A stretch of 26,235 nt of DNA from a virus. Its lineage: Duplodnaviria > Caudoviricetes. Below the pieces are notes generated by a model, which was not told where the DNA came from, ran no database searches, and was given only the letters and a program-made list of their open reading frames with translations. The position numbers were made by a program, and so were the translations under genes. Below, one piece after another: positions 16,405-25,456 of this stretch. The DNA lies in IMG/VR virus record IMGVR_UViG_3300025718_000137, positions 1-26,235 of that record. One strand, given 5' to 3'. Numbering within the stretch: the stretch's first letter is position 1; each line of letters begins with the position of its first letter.

Positions 16405-18158
16405 AAAGGATTCCCTCTTATGCTGGGCCCTATCGTGTTGACCCGCAACCGGCACTTAGCTTCTCTGGCGAGCTCATCGTGGACCTTTTCGCCGGAGGCG
16501 GCGGAGCCAGCACCGGCATGGAGTGGGCTCTCGGACGGTCACCCGATATCGCAGTCAACCACGACCCGGAAGCAGTCGCGCTCCACCAGGTGAATCATCC
16601 GCATACCCTGCACTTTTGTGAGTCGGTCTTTGACGTCGTGCCCCAGGAGGTTTGTGCGGGCCGTTCCGTCGGAGATCTCTGGATGTCACCCGATTGCACG
16701 CACCACTCGAAGGCTCGCGGCAGCAAGCCCGTTTCCAAGCGGGTCCGAGGCCTCGCCTGGGTAGGCAAGCGCTGGGCCGCCACCGTGCGGCCGAAGAGAA
16801 TCTACCTGGAGAATGTCGAGGAGTTCAAGGACTGGGGCCCGCTCGTCAGAGTTAACGGGGAATGGCGCCCTTGTAAGAAGCGCTCGGGCCGAACTTTCCG
16901 GAACTTTGTGCGGGAATTAAAACGCCTGGGGTACGACGTGGACTGGCGGGAGCTCAAAGCAAGCGACTTCGGTGCGCCGACGATTAGGAAGCGTTTGTTT
17001 CTGGTAGCGCGCTGCGACGGCCATTCGATCTTGTGGCCGGAGTTTACCCACGGTGACCCGCAAACGGCGAGCGTCAAGTCTGGTCAGCTCCTTCCCTGGC
17101 GCACCGCTGCGGAATGCATCGACTGGGACATCCCCTGTCCGTCGATCTTCACCAGGAAGCGCCCTCTGGTCGAGAACACGCTGCGCCGCGTCGCCAAGGG
17201 GATACGCCGGTACGTGATCGAGTCGCCCGCACCGTTCATTGTACCAGTGGGCCGAAAAGGCAGACAGGTTATGACTGCTCCTTCCCTAACCGAGCATGCC
17301 AATTCCAGCATGCAGCGGACTTTCTCCGTAGACGAGCCGCTCCGTACGCAGTGCGCGCAGGTGAAGGGCGGGCATTTTGCCTTGCAGTCCGCGATGCTTC
17401 TGAAACATTACGGGGGAGTAGTCGGCACGCCTCTGACGGTGCCGGCCGGGACAGTCACTGCGACGGACCATCATGGAATTGCTGCTGCGCACCTGGTGCG
17501 GCATTTTGGGGAGGGTATAGGCTCCCCGCTGGATGCGCCGGTAGGCACGGTCATGCCCGGGGGAATGGGCAAAACCGGAGTAGTGGCCGCCAGTCTTGTT
17601 CGTAATTTCGGGAAAAGTTTCGGTGCATCCCCTTCGGCCCCGCACGCGACGATCACCGGCAAGAGCAAGGATAGTCTGGTTACATCTAACCTGGTGAAAA
17701 TGTACGGGACATGTAAGGCCGGTCAGCCGACGGACAAGCCCATGGCCACCGTGACGGCAAACGGTCGTGGCGGCGGACACATCGCAGAGGTGCGGGCCTT
17801 CCTTCTGAAATATTACGGTGCCGATCAGGCCCCGCACCTTCAGGAACCGCTGCATACGATTACGACGCGGGACCGTTTTGGGCTTGTTACGGTGAACCGG
17901 GAACTGTACCAGATCGTGGACATCGGCATGCGGATGCTGGCCCCCCGCGAACTGTATCGCGCACAGGGGTTCCCCGACTCCTACATCATCGACTATGTCC
18001 TGAAGATGGTGCAGGAGAAGAGCGGCCTCTGGGTGATGAAGAAGGTGAGATTAACTGCCACCGCACAGGTCCGGATGTGCGGCAACTCGGTGAGCCCCTA
18101 TGTCGCCTGCGCTGTTGTCCAGGCAAACACTAGGAAGCAACTGCGCGAGGCCGCTTAA
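16401..18158 (+). CDS. DNA (cytosine-5) methyltransferase, phage type
   Basis: DLFAGGGG, SPDC, ENV, RKRLF, RAQGFP, GNSV; no cognate endonuclease nearby. Confidence 0.95.
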   Translation: MKRIPSYAGPYRVDPQPALSFSGELIVDLFAGGGGASTGMEWALGRSPDIAVNHDPEAVALHQVNHPHTLHFCESVFDVVPQEVCAGRSVGDLWMSPDCTHHSKARGSKPVSKRVRGLAWVGKRWAATVRPKRIYLENVEEFKDWGPLVRVNGEWRPCKKRSGRTFRNFVRELKRLGYDVDWRELKASDFGAPTIRKRLFLVARCDGHSILWPEFTHGDPQTASVKSGQLLPWRTAAECIDWDIPCPSIFTRKRPLVENTLRRVAKGIRRYVIESPAPFIVPVGRKGRQVMTAPSLTEHANSSMQRTFSVDEPLRTQCAQVKGGHFALQSAMLLKHYGGVVGTPLTVPAGTVTATDHHGIAAAHLVRHFGEGIGSPLDAPVGTVMPGGMGKTGVVAASLVRNFGKSFGASPSAPHATITGKSKDSLVTSNLVKMYGTCKAGQPTDKPMATVTANGRGGGHIAEVRAFLLKYYGADQAPHLQEPLHTITTRDRFGLVTVNRELYQIVDIGMRMLAPRELYRAQGFPDSYIIDYVLKMVQEKSGLWVMKKVRLTATAQVRMCGNSVSPYVACAVVQANTRKQLREAA

Positions 18159-18206
18159 CCCGGGGACACCTCGGATAAACTCAAGACAAGAAACTAGGGA
18201 GCCAAA

Positions 18207-18788
18207 ATGGTTACAAGGTGGGAACAGTTTTTAAACGAGACGGTGAGCGACGCCGGGAAGATCCTTGAGCTTCAAGAGTTCTTCGGGGTTTGTTTGGCCA
18301 ATGAAGGCAGAGCAGGGAAAGCGCTTGTTTTGTCCGGAGCAGGGAGTAACGGCAAAACCGTGATGGTCGAAATATTGCGGGACCTTGTCGGCGAAGCATT
18401 GGTCTCATTCGTAGATATCGAAAGCGCTTGCCCTTTCGGTTTGTCGCCCCTCGTCGGGAAGAGGCTGAACATATCGGAAATTTTGGAGTTCGGACCCCTG
18501 GTTAAATCAGTAGTCGACGGCGATGTGATACTCATTGAGCGGAAATATAAAGAGCCGGTTGAGTATTTGCCTAATTGCAATCTCGTTTATATGACCAATC
18601 CCTTACCGACGATTTTGGATAGGGACGCTGAATTGGCCAGCCGTCTACTGATTATAAGCATGGCAAGGGTATTTGTTGGTTCAGACCGGGACCCGGTGCT
18701 TTTAGATAAACTCCGTGCTAATTTTCACGAGATCGTCAGTTGGTCGCTTATTGGATTGGACAGGTGGCGGGATCGTCATAGGGCCTAA
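18207..18788 (+). CDS. Stand-alone D5-like SF3 ATPase domain
   Basis: GAGSNGKT, LVGKRLNISE, IERKYK, MTN, SRLLII; 193 aa. Confidence 0.8.
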   Translation: MVTRWEQFLNETVSDAGKILELQEFFGVCLANEGRAGKALVLSGAGSNGKTVMVEILRDLVGEALVSFVDIESACPFGLSPLVGKRLNISEILEFGPLVKSVVDGDVILIERKYKEPVEYLPNCNLVYMTNPLPTILDRDAELASRLLIISMARVFVGSDRDPVLLDKLRANFHEIVSWSLIGLDRWRDRHRA

Positions 18789-18833
18789 TGGTTTTTGGCT
18801 GTACCGGCTTGCGGTACGAGCACCTGATCAGGT
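18783..18833 (-). other. Decayed attC-like site A0
   Basis: Plus strand GCCTAAT-8nt-GCTGTAC-9nt-GTACGAGC-5nt-ATCAGGT: L boxes and spacing intact, both core triplets mutated. Confidence 0.6.
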
Positions 18834-18857
18834 GCATAACTCAGAAGGAGATTGAAA

Positions 18858-19100
18858 ATGGTCCAGCTCGGCAAAAAGTACAAAGACAAAATCACGGGTT
18901 TTGAGGGTATCGCCACCGGTACCGTGCAGTACATCAGCGGCTGCAACCAGGCGTTGCTCGCGCCTGCAGTCGGTGCGGACGGAGCGTTGAAGGATTCCCA
19001 GTGGCTTGACGAGCAGCGCCTGCAGCCTGTGGAGGGAGAAACCATCACTCTTGACAACGGCGAGAACCCCGGCTTCGATTGCGCTGCTCCGAAGAGGTAA
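18858..19100 (+). CDS. Phage hypothetical protein
   Basis: AGGAG RBS; LGKKYKDKITGFEGIATG...GCNQ...WLDEQRL. Confidence 0.75.
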   Translation: MVQLGKKYKDKITGFEGIATGTVQYISGCNQALLAPAVGADGALKDSQWLDEQRLQPVEGETITLDNGENPGFDCAAPKR

Positions 19101-19149
19101 TCGAATCCCTGGAAAGCGAAACTTGCAGCAATAAAAAGGAGAATAAAGC

Positions 19150-19356
19150 ATGTCGTATTCAGTCAACATCCCCTGCGGTACCTGCACCAAAAAGAAAGAA
19201 GGCTGCACTGATGGCGTAGTAGTCACCGGAGCAGTCCAGGGCATTATTCACCAGATGCCGTTCAATACCGGTCACCTTGGGTCTGGCTCTGTGACTTTGA
19301 GCTGCCAGAACTTCACCGCACCGCCTGAAGGCAACAACTCCGCCAGCGTCCAGTAG
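19150..19356 (+). CDS. Small Cys-rich protein
   Basis: AGGAG RBS; PCGTC...C...C. Confidence 0.65.
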   Translation: MSYSVNIPCGTCTKKKEGCTDGVVVTGAVQGIIHQMPFNTGHLGSGSVTLSCQNFTAPPEGNNSASVQ

Positions 19357-19400
19357 GAAACGGAAGGCGGGTAACTTTTCCTTGGCTGGAGAGGTTGCCC

Positions 19401-19429
19401 GCCTAACGGTTTAGATCTGGCCGCGTAAC
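19401..19429 (-). other. attC-like half site A
   Basis: GCCTAACGGTTTAGATCTGGCCGCGTAAC; 19404-19429 matches 23740-23765 at 24/26; partner arm not found. Confidence 0.55.
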
Positions 19430-19485
19430 GAAAACGCAAAAGCTGCCATACGCTGGCCGCTAAAACCCGCAGAAACCGTGAGCTT

Positions 19486-19746
19486 ATGACACCCGAAAAG
19501 CTAAAAACCATACGGAAAACGTGGAATTATTCCCAACCTGAATTTGCCGAGCTACTGGGAACCCGCCTGCGCACCTACCAGGATTGGGAAATAGGCAAGG
19601 GCCGGATACCACCCATCATAAGCCTCACCCTAGTTTTACTCCGCGAGCGCGACCAGCGGATCACCCGGGAGATACTTGACCAGGCTGCAGCGCGCATAAC
19701 AGAAGAGTACCCGGCGGGAATACAGAACGCAGCCGAGGACATCTAA
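19486..19746 (+). CDS. XRE HTH protein (antitoxin-like, orphan)
   Basis: MTPEKLKTIRKTWNYSQPEFAELLGTRLRTYQDWEIG. Confidence 0.85.
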   Translation: MTPEKLKTIRKTWNYSQPEFAELLGTRLRTYQDWEIGKGRIPPIISLTLVLLRERDQRITREILDQAAARITEEYPAGIQNAAEDI

Positions 19747-19758
19747 GCGGAGGGTAGA

Positions 19759-19956
19759 ATGGGTCAGCACTATACGCGCAATACTAAGTCGGTCTCGGTT
19801 TACTGCTCCATCTGCCGGCGCAATACTATTCATCGGGTTGACGATCGGCGGCTCGGCCCATGTACCGAACATGGAGTATCCCTCCTATCCAAAGAGCAGG
19901 AGAAGCGCCAAAAGTCGCAAGAACGGGAAGAGAAGAACCCCAAATTACCCTTTTGA
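19759..19956 (+). CDS. Small zinc-ribbon-like protein
   Basis: GGAGG RBS; YCSICRRNTIH...PCTEH; paralog at 26172. Confidence 0.75.
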   Translation: MGQHYTRNTKSVSVYCSICRRNTIHRVDDRRLGPCTEHGVSLLSKEQEKRQKSQEREEKNPKLPF

Positions 19957-19964
19957 GGAGAGTT

Positions 19965-20267
19965 ATGAAGAACGATGCAGTGATGAGCCAACCCTATGTC
20001 GAAACCGCCGCCGAGATCGGAGCCCTGGTGACTGAGAAGAATGCGGCCTACGGCGACAGCTTCGCAACCTGCGGACAGTTCCTGCGCCTGCTCTACCCAA
20101 CGGGCATCCATCCCGACCAGTACACCGACGCTCTCGCTATGGTCAGGATCTTCGACAAGCAAAAGCGTATCGCGACCCGTAAGGACGCTTTTGGAGAATC
20201 CCCTTACCGGGACATCGCCGGTTACGGCCTCCTGGGTGCCGTAAAGGATGAGCGAGGCCAGTCATGA
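19965..20267 (+). CDS. All-alpha nucleotide-modification-associated (Nmad1/DUF1599-like) protein
   Basis: GAGGAG RBS; EKNAAYGDSF...RIFDKQKRI...DIAGYGLL. Confidence 0.65.
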   Translation: MKNDAVMSQPYVETAAEIGALVTEKNAAYGDSFATCGQFLRLLYPTGIHPDQYTDALAMVRIFDKQKRIATRKDAFGESPYRDIAGYGLLGAVKDERGQS

Positions 20268-20626
20268 CGCTGCAGAAAAGAGCGGGGACCTCTTTACACA
20301 ACATCCCTGCCTACAATTTCCCGGCGACCAGCTTCGCCTATATCAATGACGACACAGCACAAACAAGCCATGTCTTGAGCGAAGCGGGCGAGGTTTGCGA
20401 AGCGATATCGGCACTGGCTGAAAATGAAGGTGCAGCGGATCTCCTCATTCATTTTTGGGAAGAGATGGCCGATCTCACGCATTCGCTCGAGACCTTCTGG
20501 AGGGTCATGGAACGCATGATGGGGCAAGAGTTCGTCCAGGACCTCTTCACCAAGGTCATCGAGAAAAATCGCACCCGCGGCTATTACGACGTCGGTGACG
20601 CTCCGGATCCCTGGGGCGATAGATGA
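20264..20626 (+). CDS. MazG-like nucleotide pyrophosphohydrolase
   Basis: SEAGEV...EEMADL acidic motif and KNRTRGYY; ATGA-coupled on both sides. Confidence 0.65.
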   Translation: MTLQKRAGTSLHNIPAYNFPATSFAYINDDTAQTSHVLSEAGEVCEAISALAENEGAADLLIHFWEEMADLTHSLETFWRVMERMMGQEFVQDLFTKVIEKNRTRGYYDVGDAPDPWGDR

Positions 20627-21195
20627 CAACCCCTGCGACCTTCACTCCCAAGCAGACCTATAAAAACTGCGCCGAGGCCTACCGCCTTTTCTTCCTGGCG
20701 CAGGGTATCGGCGTGGGGCAGACCAAGTTCTACAACGACGCAGCGCGCCTGCACCTGGTTAACCAGGACAAGACGCTGAACCTGTCGAGCCTGCTGGCCT
20801 ACGTTAAGGAAGAGCTCAAGATCGAGGCGACCACTGGTCGGAGCATCGTGGAGCGGGACCAGTCGCAACGTAAGGACGACCTGGAGATCAGAGAGCGGGA
20901 ACTGAAGATCGCCAAGCTGGAGCGCGAAGGGCGGAAGGACGACAGGGATTGGATCAGGCGCGACACCGTGAACGAGCGCGAGGGCGCCCTGGTCGGCACC
21001 ATCATGTCGGAAGCGAAGTATCGGCTGTCGCGGGCGGTCCCCGAACTGATAGTCCTCTGCAAAGGCGACGTGCAGCGCGCGGCAGATGTTACCGACCACC
21101 TGGACAAGGCGCTCTACCTGGCGTTCAAGAGTATCTACGATTCCGCCGAGATCGATATCGCCTTCGCCGAAGTCGACGCCGAGGATGAACTATGA
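20623..21195 (+). CDS. Putative terminase small subunit
   Basis: 190 aa, ATGA-coupled to terL; central coiled coil LEIRERELKIAKLERE; call is mainly positional. Confidence 0.65.
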   Translation: MTTPATFTPKQTYKNCAEAYRLFFLAQGIGVGQTKFYNDAARLHLVNQDKTLNLSSLLAYVKEELKIEATTGRSIVERDQSQRKDDLEIRERELKIAKLEREGRKDDRDWIRRDTVNEREGALVGTIMSEAKYRLSRAVPELIVLCKGDVQRAADVTDHLDKALYLAFKSIYDSAEIDIAFAEVDAEDEL

Positions 21196-23123
21196 CGCAA
21201 CCCCTGCTTGCAGACAGCCTGGTAATCCGGCCGCTTCCCGACTTCCTGCCGGCGCGGGTCAGGCACGCCTGCGCAGGGCGACGCATCTCTTTCCAGATTC
21301 CGGCCAGCGTGCGGGAGCGCATGCAGGTCCCCGAGGATATCGACGCCGCAGACTGGGCGGACAAGTACCGTCGCGTCACCGCCATCGATGCGCACCCTGG
21401 CCGCTGGCGTAATGAGCTGGTCCCGCATGCGGTCAAAGCAATGCGCCTTGCCAGTACCCCCCATGTACGTCAACTCTGGCTCTGCTGGCCGGAACGCGCC
21501 GCGAAGACCAATGTAGTTTTGAACGCCGTCATGCGCCAGCTGGACCGGGGCATCGACTCGGGCAACGTCTTCTGGCTCATGCCCAACGAGCACGAGGCGA
21601 AGAAGGCCATCGGCGAGCGAGTCATCGAGGCGCTGAAGGCGACCCCGCGCACCGCCCGGCTGCTGTCGCGCTACGCAGACGATACCACGCGCACCATCAT
21701 CCGTTTTCGCCACGGCCCCCGGCTCTTTGCCGCCTGGGCCGGGAGCGCGGCGAGCGTTTCCTCCTTCTTCGGCAAGCTCTGTGTTTTCGACGAGTGCGAC
21801 AAGGCCGAGCTCTCCGGAGTCGGCAAAGAGACCGACATCCTGACCCTGTTTTTCAAGCGCGGTCGCGACCGGGATGACAGCAAGTTCATTATCGTCTCTA
21901 CCCCGGCACAGGGGTACGTATGGAAAGGAACTATGGGGTGCGAGCAGGTATTCCAGTACCAGTCCCACTGCCCCCATTGCGAACAGTACGTTTCCCCCGG
22001 GTCCGACCAGGTGATCATCCCGGACGGCGCCACTGCCGAGGACATAGCTCATGGGCAGGTCCCGGTGCACATCGTCTGCCCCTCCTGCAAGGTGCCCTGG
22101 ACCGATCAGGCGCGCGCGGCCGCCTATGCTGACGGCGAATGGATCATCATCAAGGGTATCGGCATCGACAACCCGGCTACGGTGGGGATGCACATCACGG
22201 CCTACGTGCTCCCCAACATCCCGCTGCGAGAGATCGCGGAGAAGATCATTCTGGCACGCGACGGCGGAAGCACCGAGAAGAAGGCGCTCGCCAACGGTTA
22301 CGACTGCAAGGATTACGTGCCCGAGCAGGCCGGCGCGCTGAAAGACGATCATCTGCTCAAGTTCCGCTCCGAGCTCGCCCGCAACCTGGTACCACCGGAT
22401 ACCGCGCAGGTTGGCATTACCGTGGATACCCAGCAGGCGAGCTTCTATTACCAGGTCTGGGCGATGGGCTACGCTCCGGCTGTGGAGCTCCACATGATGC
22501 GTCATGGGATAGTAGATTCATTCGAGGACGTTGAGGGACTCCTCGAGCGTTCCTTCCTGGACCATGAAGGCCGCAAGTTTAAGATCACGGCAGGGATCAT
22601 CGACTCCGGCGGTACCCGCCGCGGTTGGCAAAAGCACAGCCGAACTCATGAGGTCTACGAGTGGTGTGCAGCGCACCGGATAATGACTCCGCACAAGGGG
22701 ATCCCCGGCCGCGCCGGCGAGATGATCAGCTACAAGCAGGTATCCACTTTCCCGGGGAGCAACAAGCCGATCCCGGGTGGGCTGAAAAGGGCCAACATCC
22801 GGGTCGACATCTTCAAGGACGACTTGGAGGGGCGCCTCGCCAAGGAGCCGGACGACCCCAAGGCGCTCAGCTTCCACAGCAAGATAGATGAGGGGTTTGC
22901 CAAGCACTTCACATCCGAGACTAAGGACGAATCGGGCGACTGGACACACGACAGGAAAAAGGGACGCAATGACCATTTTGACTGCACCGTCATGGCGCTG
23001 GCCTTGCGAGAGATGAGGAAACTAAGGATCCCGAAGAAGCCGGGCGCCCAAGTACAAGCGCAGGCGCAGTCGCAACCAGCAGCACACCGATCAGGCGGGT
23101 TCGTCAGCGGGTGGAAACGATAA
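21192..23123 (+). CDS. Terminase large subunit, GpA family
   Basis: WADKYR...GRW, VFDECD, VSTP, CPHC/CPSC, TVDTQ, IDSGG, NDHFDC. Confidence 0.93.
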   Translation: MTQPLLADSLVIRPLPDFLPARVRHACAGRRISFQIPASVRERMQVPEDIDAADWADKYRRVTAIDAHPGRWRNELVPHAVKAMRLASTPHVRQLWLCWPERAAKTNVVLNAVMRQLDRGIDSGNVFWLMPNEHEAKKAIGERVIEALKATPRTARLLSRYADDTTRTIIRFRHGPRLFAAWAGSAASVSSFFGKLCVFDECDKAELSGVGKETDILTLFFKRGRDRDDSKFIIVSTPAQGYVWKGTMGCEQVFQYQSHCPHCEQYVSPGSDQVIIPDGATAEDIAHGQVPVHIVCPSCKVPWTDQARAAAYADGEWIIIKGIGIDNPATVGMHITAYVLPNIPLREIAEKIILARDGGSTEKKALANGYDCKDYVPEQAGALKDDHLLKFRSELARNLVPPDTAQVGITVDTQQASFYYQVWAMGYAPAVELHMMRHGIVDSFEDVEGLLERSFLDHEGRKFKITAGIIDSGGTRRGWQKHSRTHEVYEWCAAHRIMTPHKGIPGRAGEMISYKQVSTFPGSNKPIPGGLKRANIRVDIFKDDLEGRLAKEPDDPKALSFHSKIDEGFAKHFTSETKDESGDWTHDRKKGRNDHFDCTVMALALREMRKLRIPKKPGAQVQAQAQSQPAAHRSGGFVSGWKR

Positions 23124-23147
23124 GCAATGCAATGTAATGGAGGGAGT

Positions 23148-23372
23148 ATGGCGGGCAAGCGTTACATGAGTCCCAGTGAAGTAGCCGAGAAATTCGGAGT
23201 TACCCCCCGCACCGTGCGCCGCTGGTGGCAAAGCGGCAAAACCTGCCTCAAGGCCTGGCACCCCCACCACTCCCTGGGACTACGCGGCCTCCGCTTCACC
23301 CTGGAATCCGTCGAGGAATACGCACTCTCCGGGCAGGTCCGCCCAGATGACTGTGATGAAGCCAATTTTTAA
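23148..23372 (+). CDS. MerR/excisionase-like HTH protein
   Basis: YMSPSEVAEKFGVTPRTVRRW...GLRF. Confidence 0.8.
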   Translation: MAGKRYMSPSEVAEKFGVTPRTVRRWWQSGKTCLKAWHPHHSLGLRGLRFTLESVEEYALSGQVRPDDCDEANF

Positions 23373-23390
23373 GCGTCCTAAGGAGATGAC

Positions 23391-23732
23391 ATGACCCAAC
23401 CCAGTGAAACCATCAAGGCAGCAGATGTCCACGATCTCGAGATTAAGCCAATAGCTGTCACCGAAACTGAAACTCGTCATATGGCAAGTTTCGCTATTTC
23501 CCCAACGCTGCTTGAGCAGGTTTTAGAAATTCCCGCCGGCCACGAGATAGTCGGAGCAAAATGGGATTTTGCTTCCCGGACTGTGCGCCTTTTCCTGGAA
23601 GGGCCTGATTTACCCGAGATCGAGAGGGGGCAGCTTGTTCCATCAATCTGTCCGATCGTGCGATATTACATCGACGATGAAGGAAAGCGGCATCACGTAT
23701 GGGACTGGAATAACTCTGGATCAAACAAGTAA
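23391..23732 (+). CDS. Hypothetical protein
   Basis: AGGAG RBS; 113 aa. Confidence 0.7.
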   Translation: MTQPSETIKAADVHDLEIKPIAVTETETRHMASFAISPTLLEQVLEIPAGHEIVGAKWDFASRTVRLFLEGPDLPEIERGQLVPSICPIVRYYIDDEGKRHHVWDWNNSGSNK

Positions 23733-23736
23733 AGGT

Positions 23737-23785
23737 ATATAACGGTTTAGAGCTGGCCGCGTAGCAGACCAGCGATTGGTTGGAA
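23737..23785 (-). other. attC-like site B (49 bp)
   Basis: Minus strand: TTCCAAC-CAATC-GCTGGTCT-GCTACGC-GGCCAGC-TCTAAACC-GTTATAT. Confidence 0.7.
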
Positions 23786-23813
23786 CGCGATTAACTACAA
23801 AAGGGGCATAGCA

Positions 23814-24596
23814 ATGGAAATAGCCGTACTTTACCACAACGATGCAGACGGATTCGGGGCCGCTTACGCCTGTTGGAAATCTCTCTACGAGAGAGCCATG
23901 TACATTCCTGTCCAGTACGGGCAGCCGGTGCCGGAACTGCCGGAGACGGTCAAGGACCTGATCATTGTTGATTTTTCGTATGATCGGGCAATGTGTGAGA
24001 CCCTGGCGGGGAAATACAAGCTCACCATCCTGGACCACCACAAGACTGCTGAAAAAGAACTGGAAGGACTCCCGTACGCGAAGTTCGATTTGAACAAGTC
24101 TGGCGCTGTACTGGCATGGGAAATGATGTATCCGCTCTGGACCCCCCCGGTGATTCTGCAATATGTCCAGGACCGGGACCTGTGGCGCTTTGGCCTGCCC
24201 AATTCGGAGGAAGTGAACCTGTATATCGCTTCTCTCCCTCAAACATTCCTGGCATGGGATGGTTTCGACTTGGAAGCGGCTGAGATCGGCGGGGCGGCAA
24301 TCAAAGCGTTCCGTGATTCGCAGATTGAGCGAGCCTGCCGGAATGTCCGATGGGGGAACATCGGAGAGCATAGGGTGCCGATACTTAACCTCTCTGACAA
24401 CATTTCGGAGGTCGGCAACCATCTGTGCCAAAAGTACCCGGATGCTGCTTTCAGCGCGTCTTACTGCGACCGTGCAGACGGTAAGCGGTCGTATTCACTT
24501 CGGTCAATCGGAGAGTTTGACGTGTCGGTTATCGCAAAACAGTTTGGTGGCGGTGGACATCGTAACGCAGCCGGATTCACAAAGTGCGCTGACTGA
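23814..24596 (+). CDS. DHH/DHHA1 phosphoesterase
   Basis: YHNDADG, IVDFS, LDHHKT, QDRDLW, SLRS, GGGGHRNAAG. Confidence 0.92.
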   Translation: MEIAVLYHNDADGFGAAYACWKSLYERAMYIPVQYGQPVPELPETVKDLIIVDFSYDRAMCETLAGKYKLTILDHHKTAEKELEGLPYAKFDLNKSGAVLAWEMMYPLWTPPVILQYVQDRDLWRFGLPNSEEVNLYIASLPQTFLAWDGFDLEAAEIGGAAIKAFRDSQIERACRNVRWGNIGEHRVPILNLSDNISEVGNHLCQKYPDAAFSASYCDRADGKRSYSLRSIGEFDVSVIAKQFGGGGHRNAAGFTKCAD

Positions 24597-24599
24597 GCG

Positions 24600-24645
24600 G
24601 TACAACGGTTTTCGAGCTGCGCGAAGCACCAGCGAGGGGTTATGG
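24600..24645 (-). other. attC-like site C (46 bp)
   Basis: Minus strand: CCATAAC-CCCTC-GCTGGTGC-TTC-GCGCAGC-TCGAAAACC-GTTGTAC. Confidence 0.7.
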
Positions 24646-25151
24646 CAAAGCAAACAGCTAAACAAAAATCGAATGATCCTTCCCCGTATTATGGCCCGAT
24701 TGAGCGGGTAGACGGCGTTCGTCCCTTCAACGGGTATTTGTGGAATACGGAAGATTGGTGGGCTAATCGGGAGGTACATCACAGCATCGGTTACCGACAC
24801 ATGATTGGCATCGTGGCCCTAGCTGACGGCCGGTTTTCAGTTGAAGGTTTCGTTCACGCCATTGAAAAGAACGAATACGCAGGCAAGCCTGTTGTTTTTG
24901 CCACTCGGACGGCAGCGATCCGTGTAGCAGCTGCGCGTGCGATCCGGCTGGCTAGATGGTCGCGAAAATGGAAAGGCAGTATGGACCAACTGGAGGGCAA
25001 GAGGCTCGCGGACGTGATTAACTGGGCCAGAAACACGGTAGCGCGGGAAACCGGTAAGCCTGAACCAAAGCCGGTACAGGTGAAAGAGCCACCCCCGCCG
25101 TTCCGTCCGACTGGCCTGCCACTGTTCGACTTTGGCCAGGTGAAGTCATGA
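24642..25151 (+). CDS. Hypothetical protein
   Basis: 169 aa; ATG lies inside the core box of site C; ATGA-coupled to the next ORF. Confidence 0.7.
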   Translation: MAKQTAKQKSNDPSPYYGPIERVDGVRPFNGYLWNTEDWWANREVHHSIGYRHMIGIVALADGRFSVEGFVHAIEKNEYAGKPVVFATRTAAIRVAAARAIRLARWSRKWKGSMDQLEGKRLADVINWARNTVARETGKPEPKPVQVKEPPPPFRPTGLPLFDFGQVKS

Positions 25152-25378
25152 GCCGCTGCCCGAGAGATAACGACCCTGACTTGATCCATGTCAGCTACAG
25201 ATCGGCAAGTAATCGGGCGACTCGACTCCTTCTCTTGGAACTAGTCGCGGAACAATTCCTGAAGGAACATCAAGAAATGAAGAATTTTACCGCTGGTTTT
25301 GGTCCGAAAGCGGAGTGCGACTGTCCCTGGTGCGAAAAGGGACGTGAGGCATTTCGGCTGAAATCACGACCGGCATAA
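25148..25378 (+). CDS. Hypothetical protein with CxCxxC motif
   Basis: ECDCPWC; TAA lies inside the core box of site D. Confidence 0.65.
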   Translation: MSRCPRDNDPDLIHVSYRSASNRATRLLLLELVAEQFLKEHQEMKNFTAGFGPKAECDCPWCEKGREAFRLKSRPA

Positions 25379-25425
25379 CGGTTTCAAGCTGTGCGGGGCT
25401 TGCCCGCACGAGCGCCTTGTTAGGC
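25373..25425 (-). other. attC-like site D (53 bp)
   Basis: Minus strand: GCCTAAC-AAGGC-GCTCGTGC-GGGCAAGCCCC-GCACAGC-TTGAAACC-GTTATGC. Confidence 0.8.
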
Positions 25426-25456
25426 GCATTACACTGGTAGGTCAAAGGAGAAGGGC

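Noticed and set aside
18153-18180. GCTTAAC at the methylase stop as another attC
   Set aside because: No L boxes or partner GTT core at the expected spacing.
19486-19956. Toxin-antitoxin pair
   Set aside because: The HTH looks antitoxin-like but no neighbour shows a recognisable toxin motif.
21480-21515. Atypical Walker A (WPERAAKT) as evidence of an inactive terminase
   Set aside because: GpA-family P-loops are variable and the other motifs are intact.
13022-22505. Long antisense ORFs (13022-13909, 14845-15603, 21135-22505)
   Set aside because: Shadow frames of GC-rich genes with no recognisable motifs.
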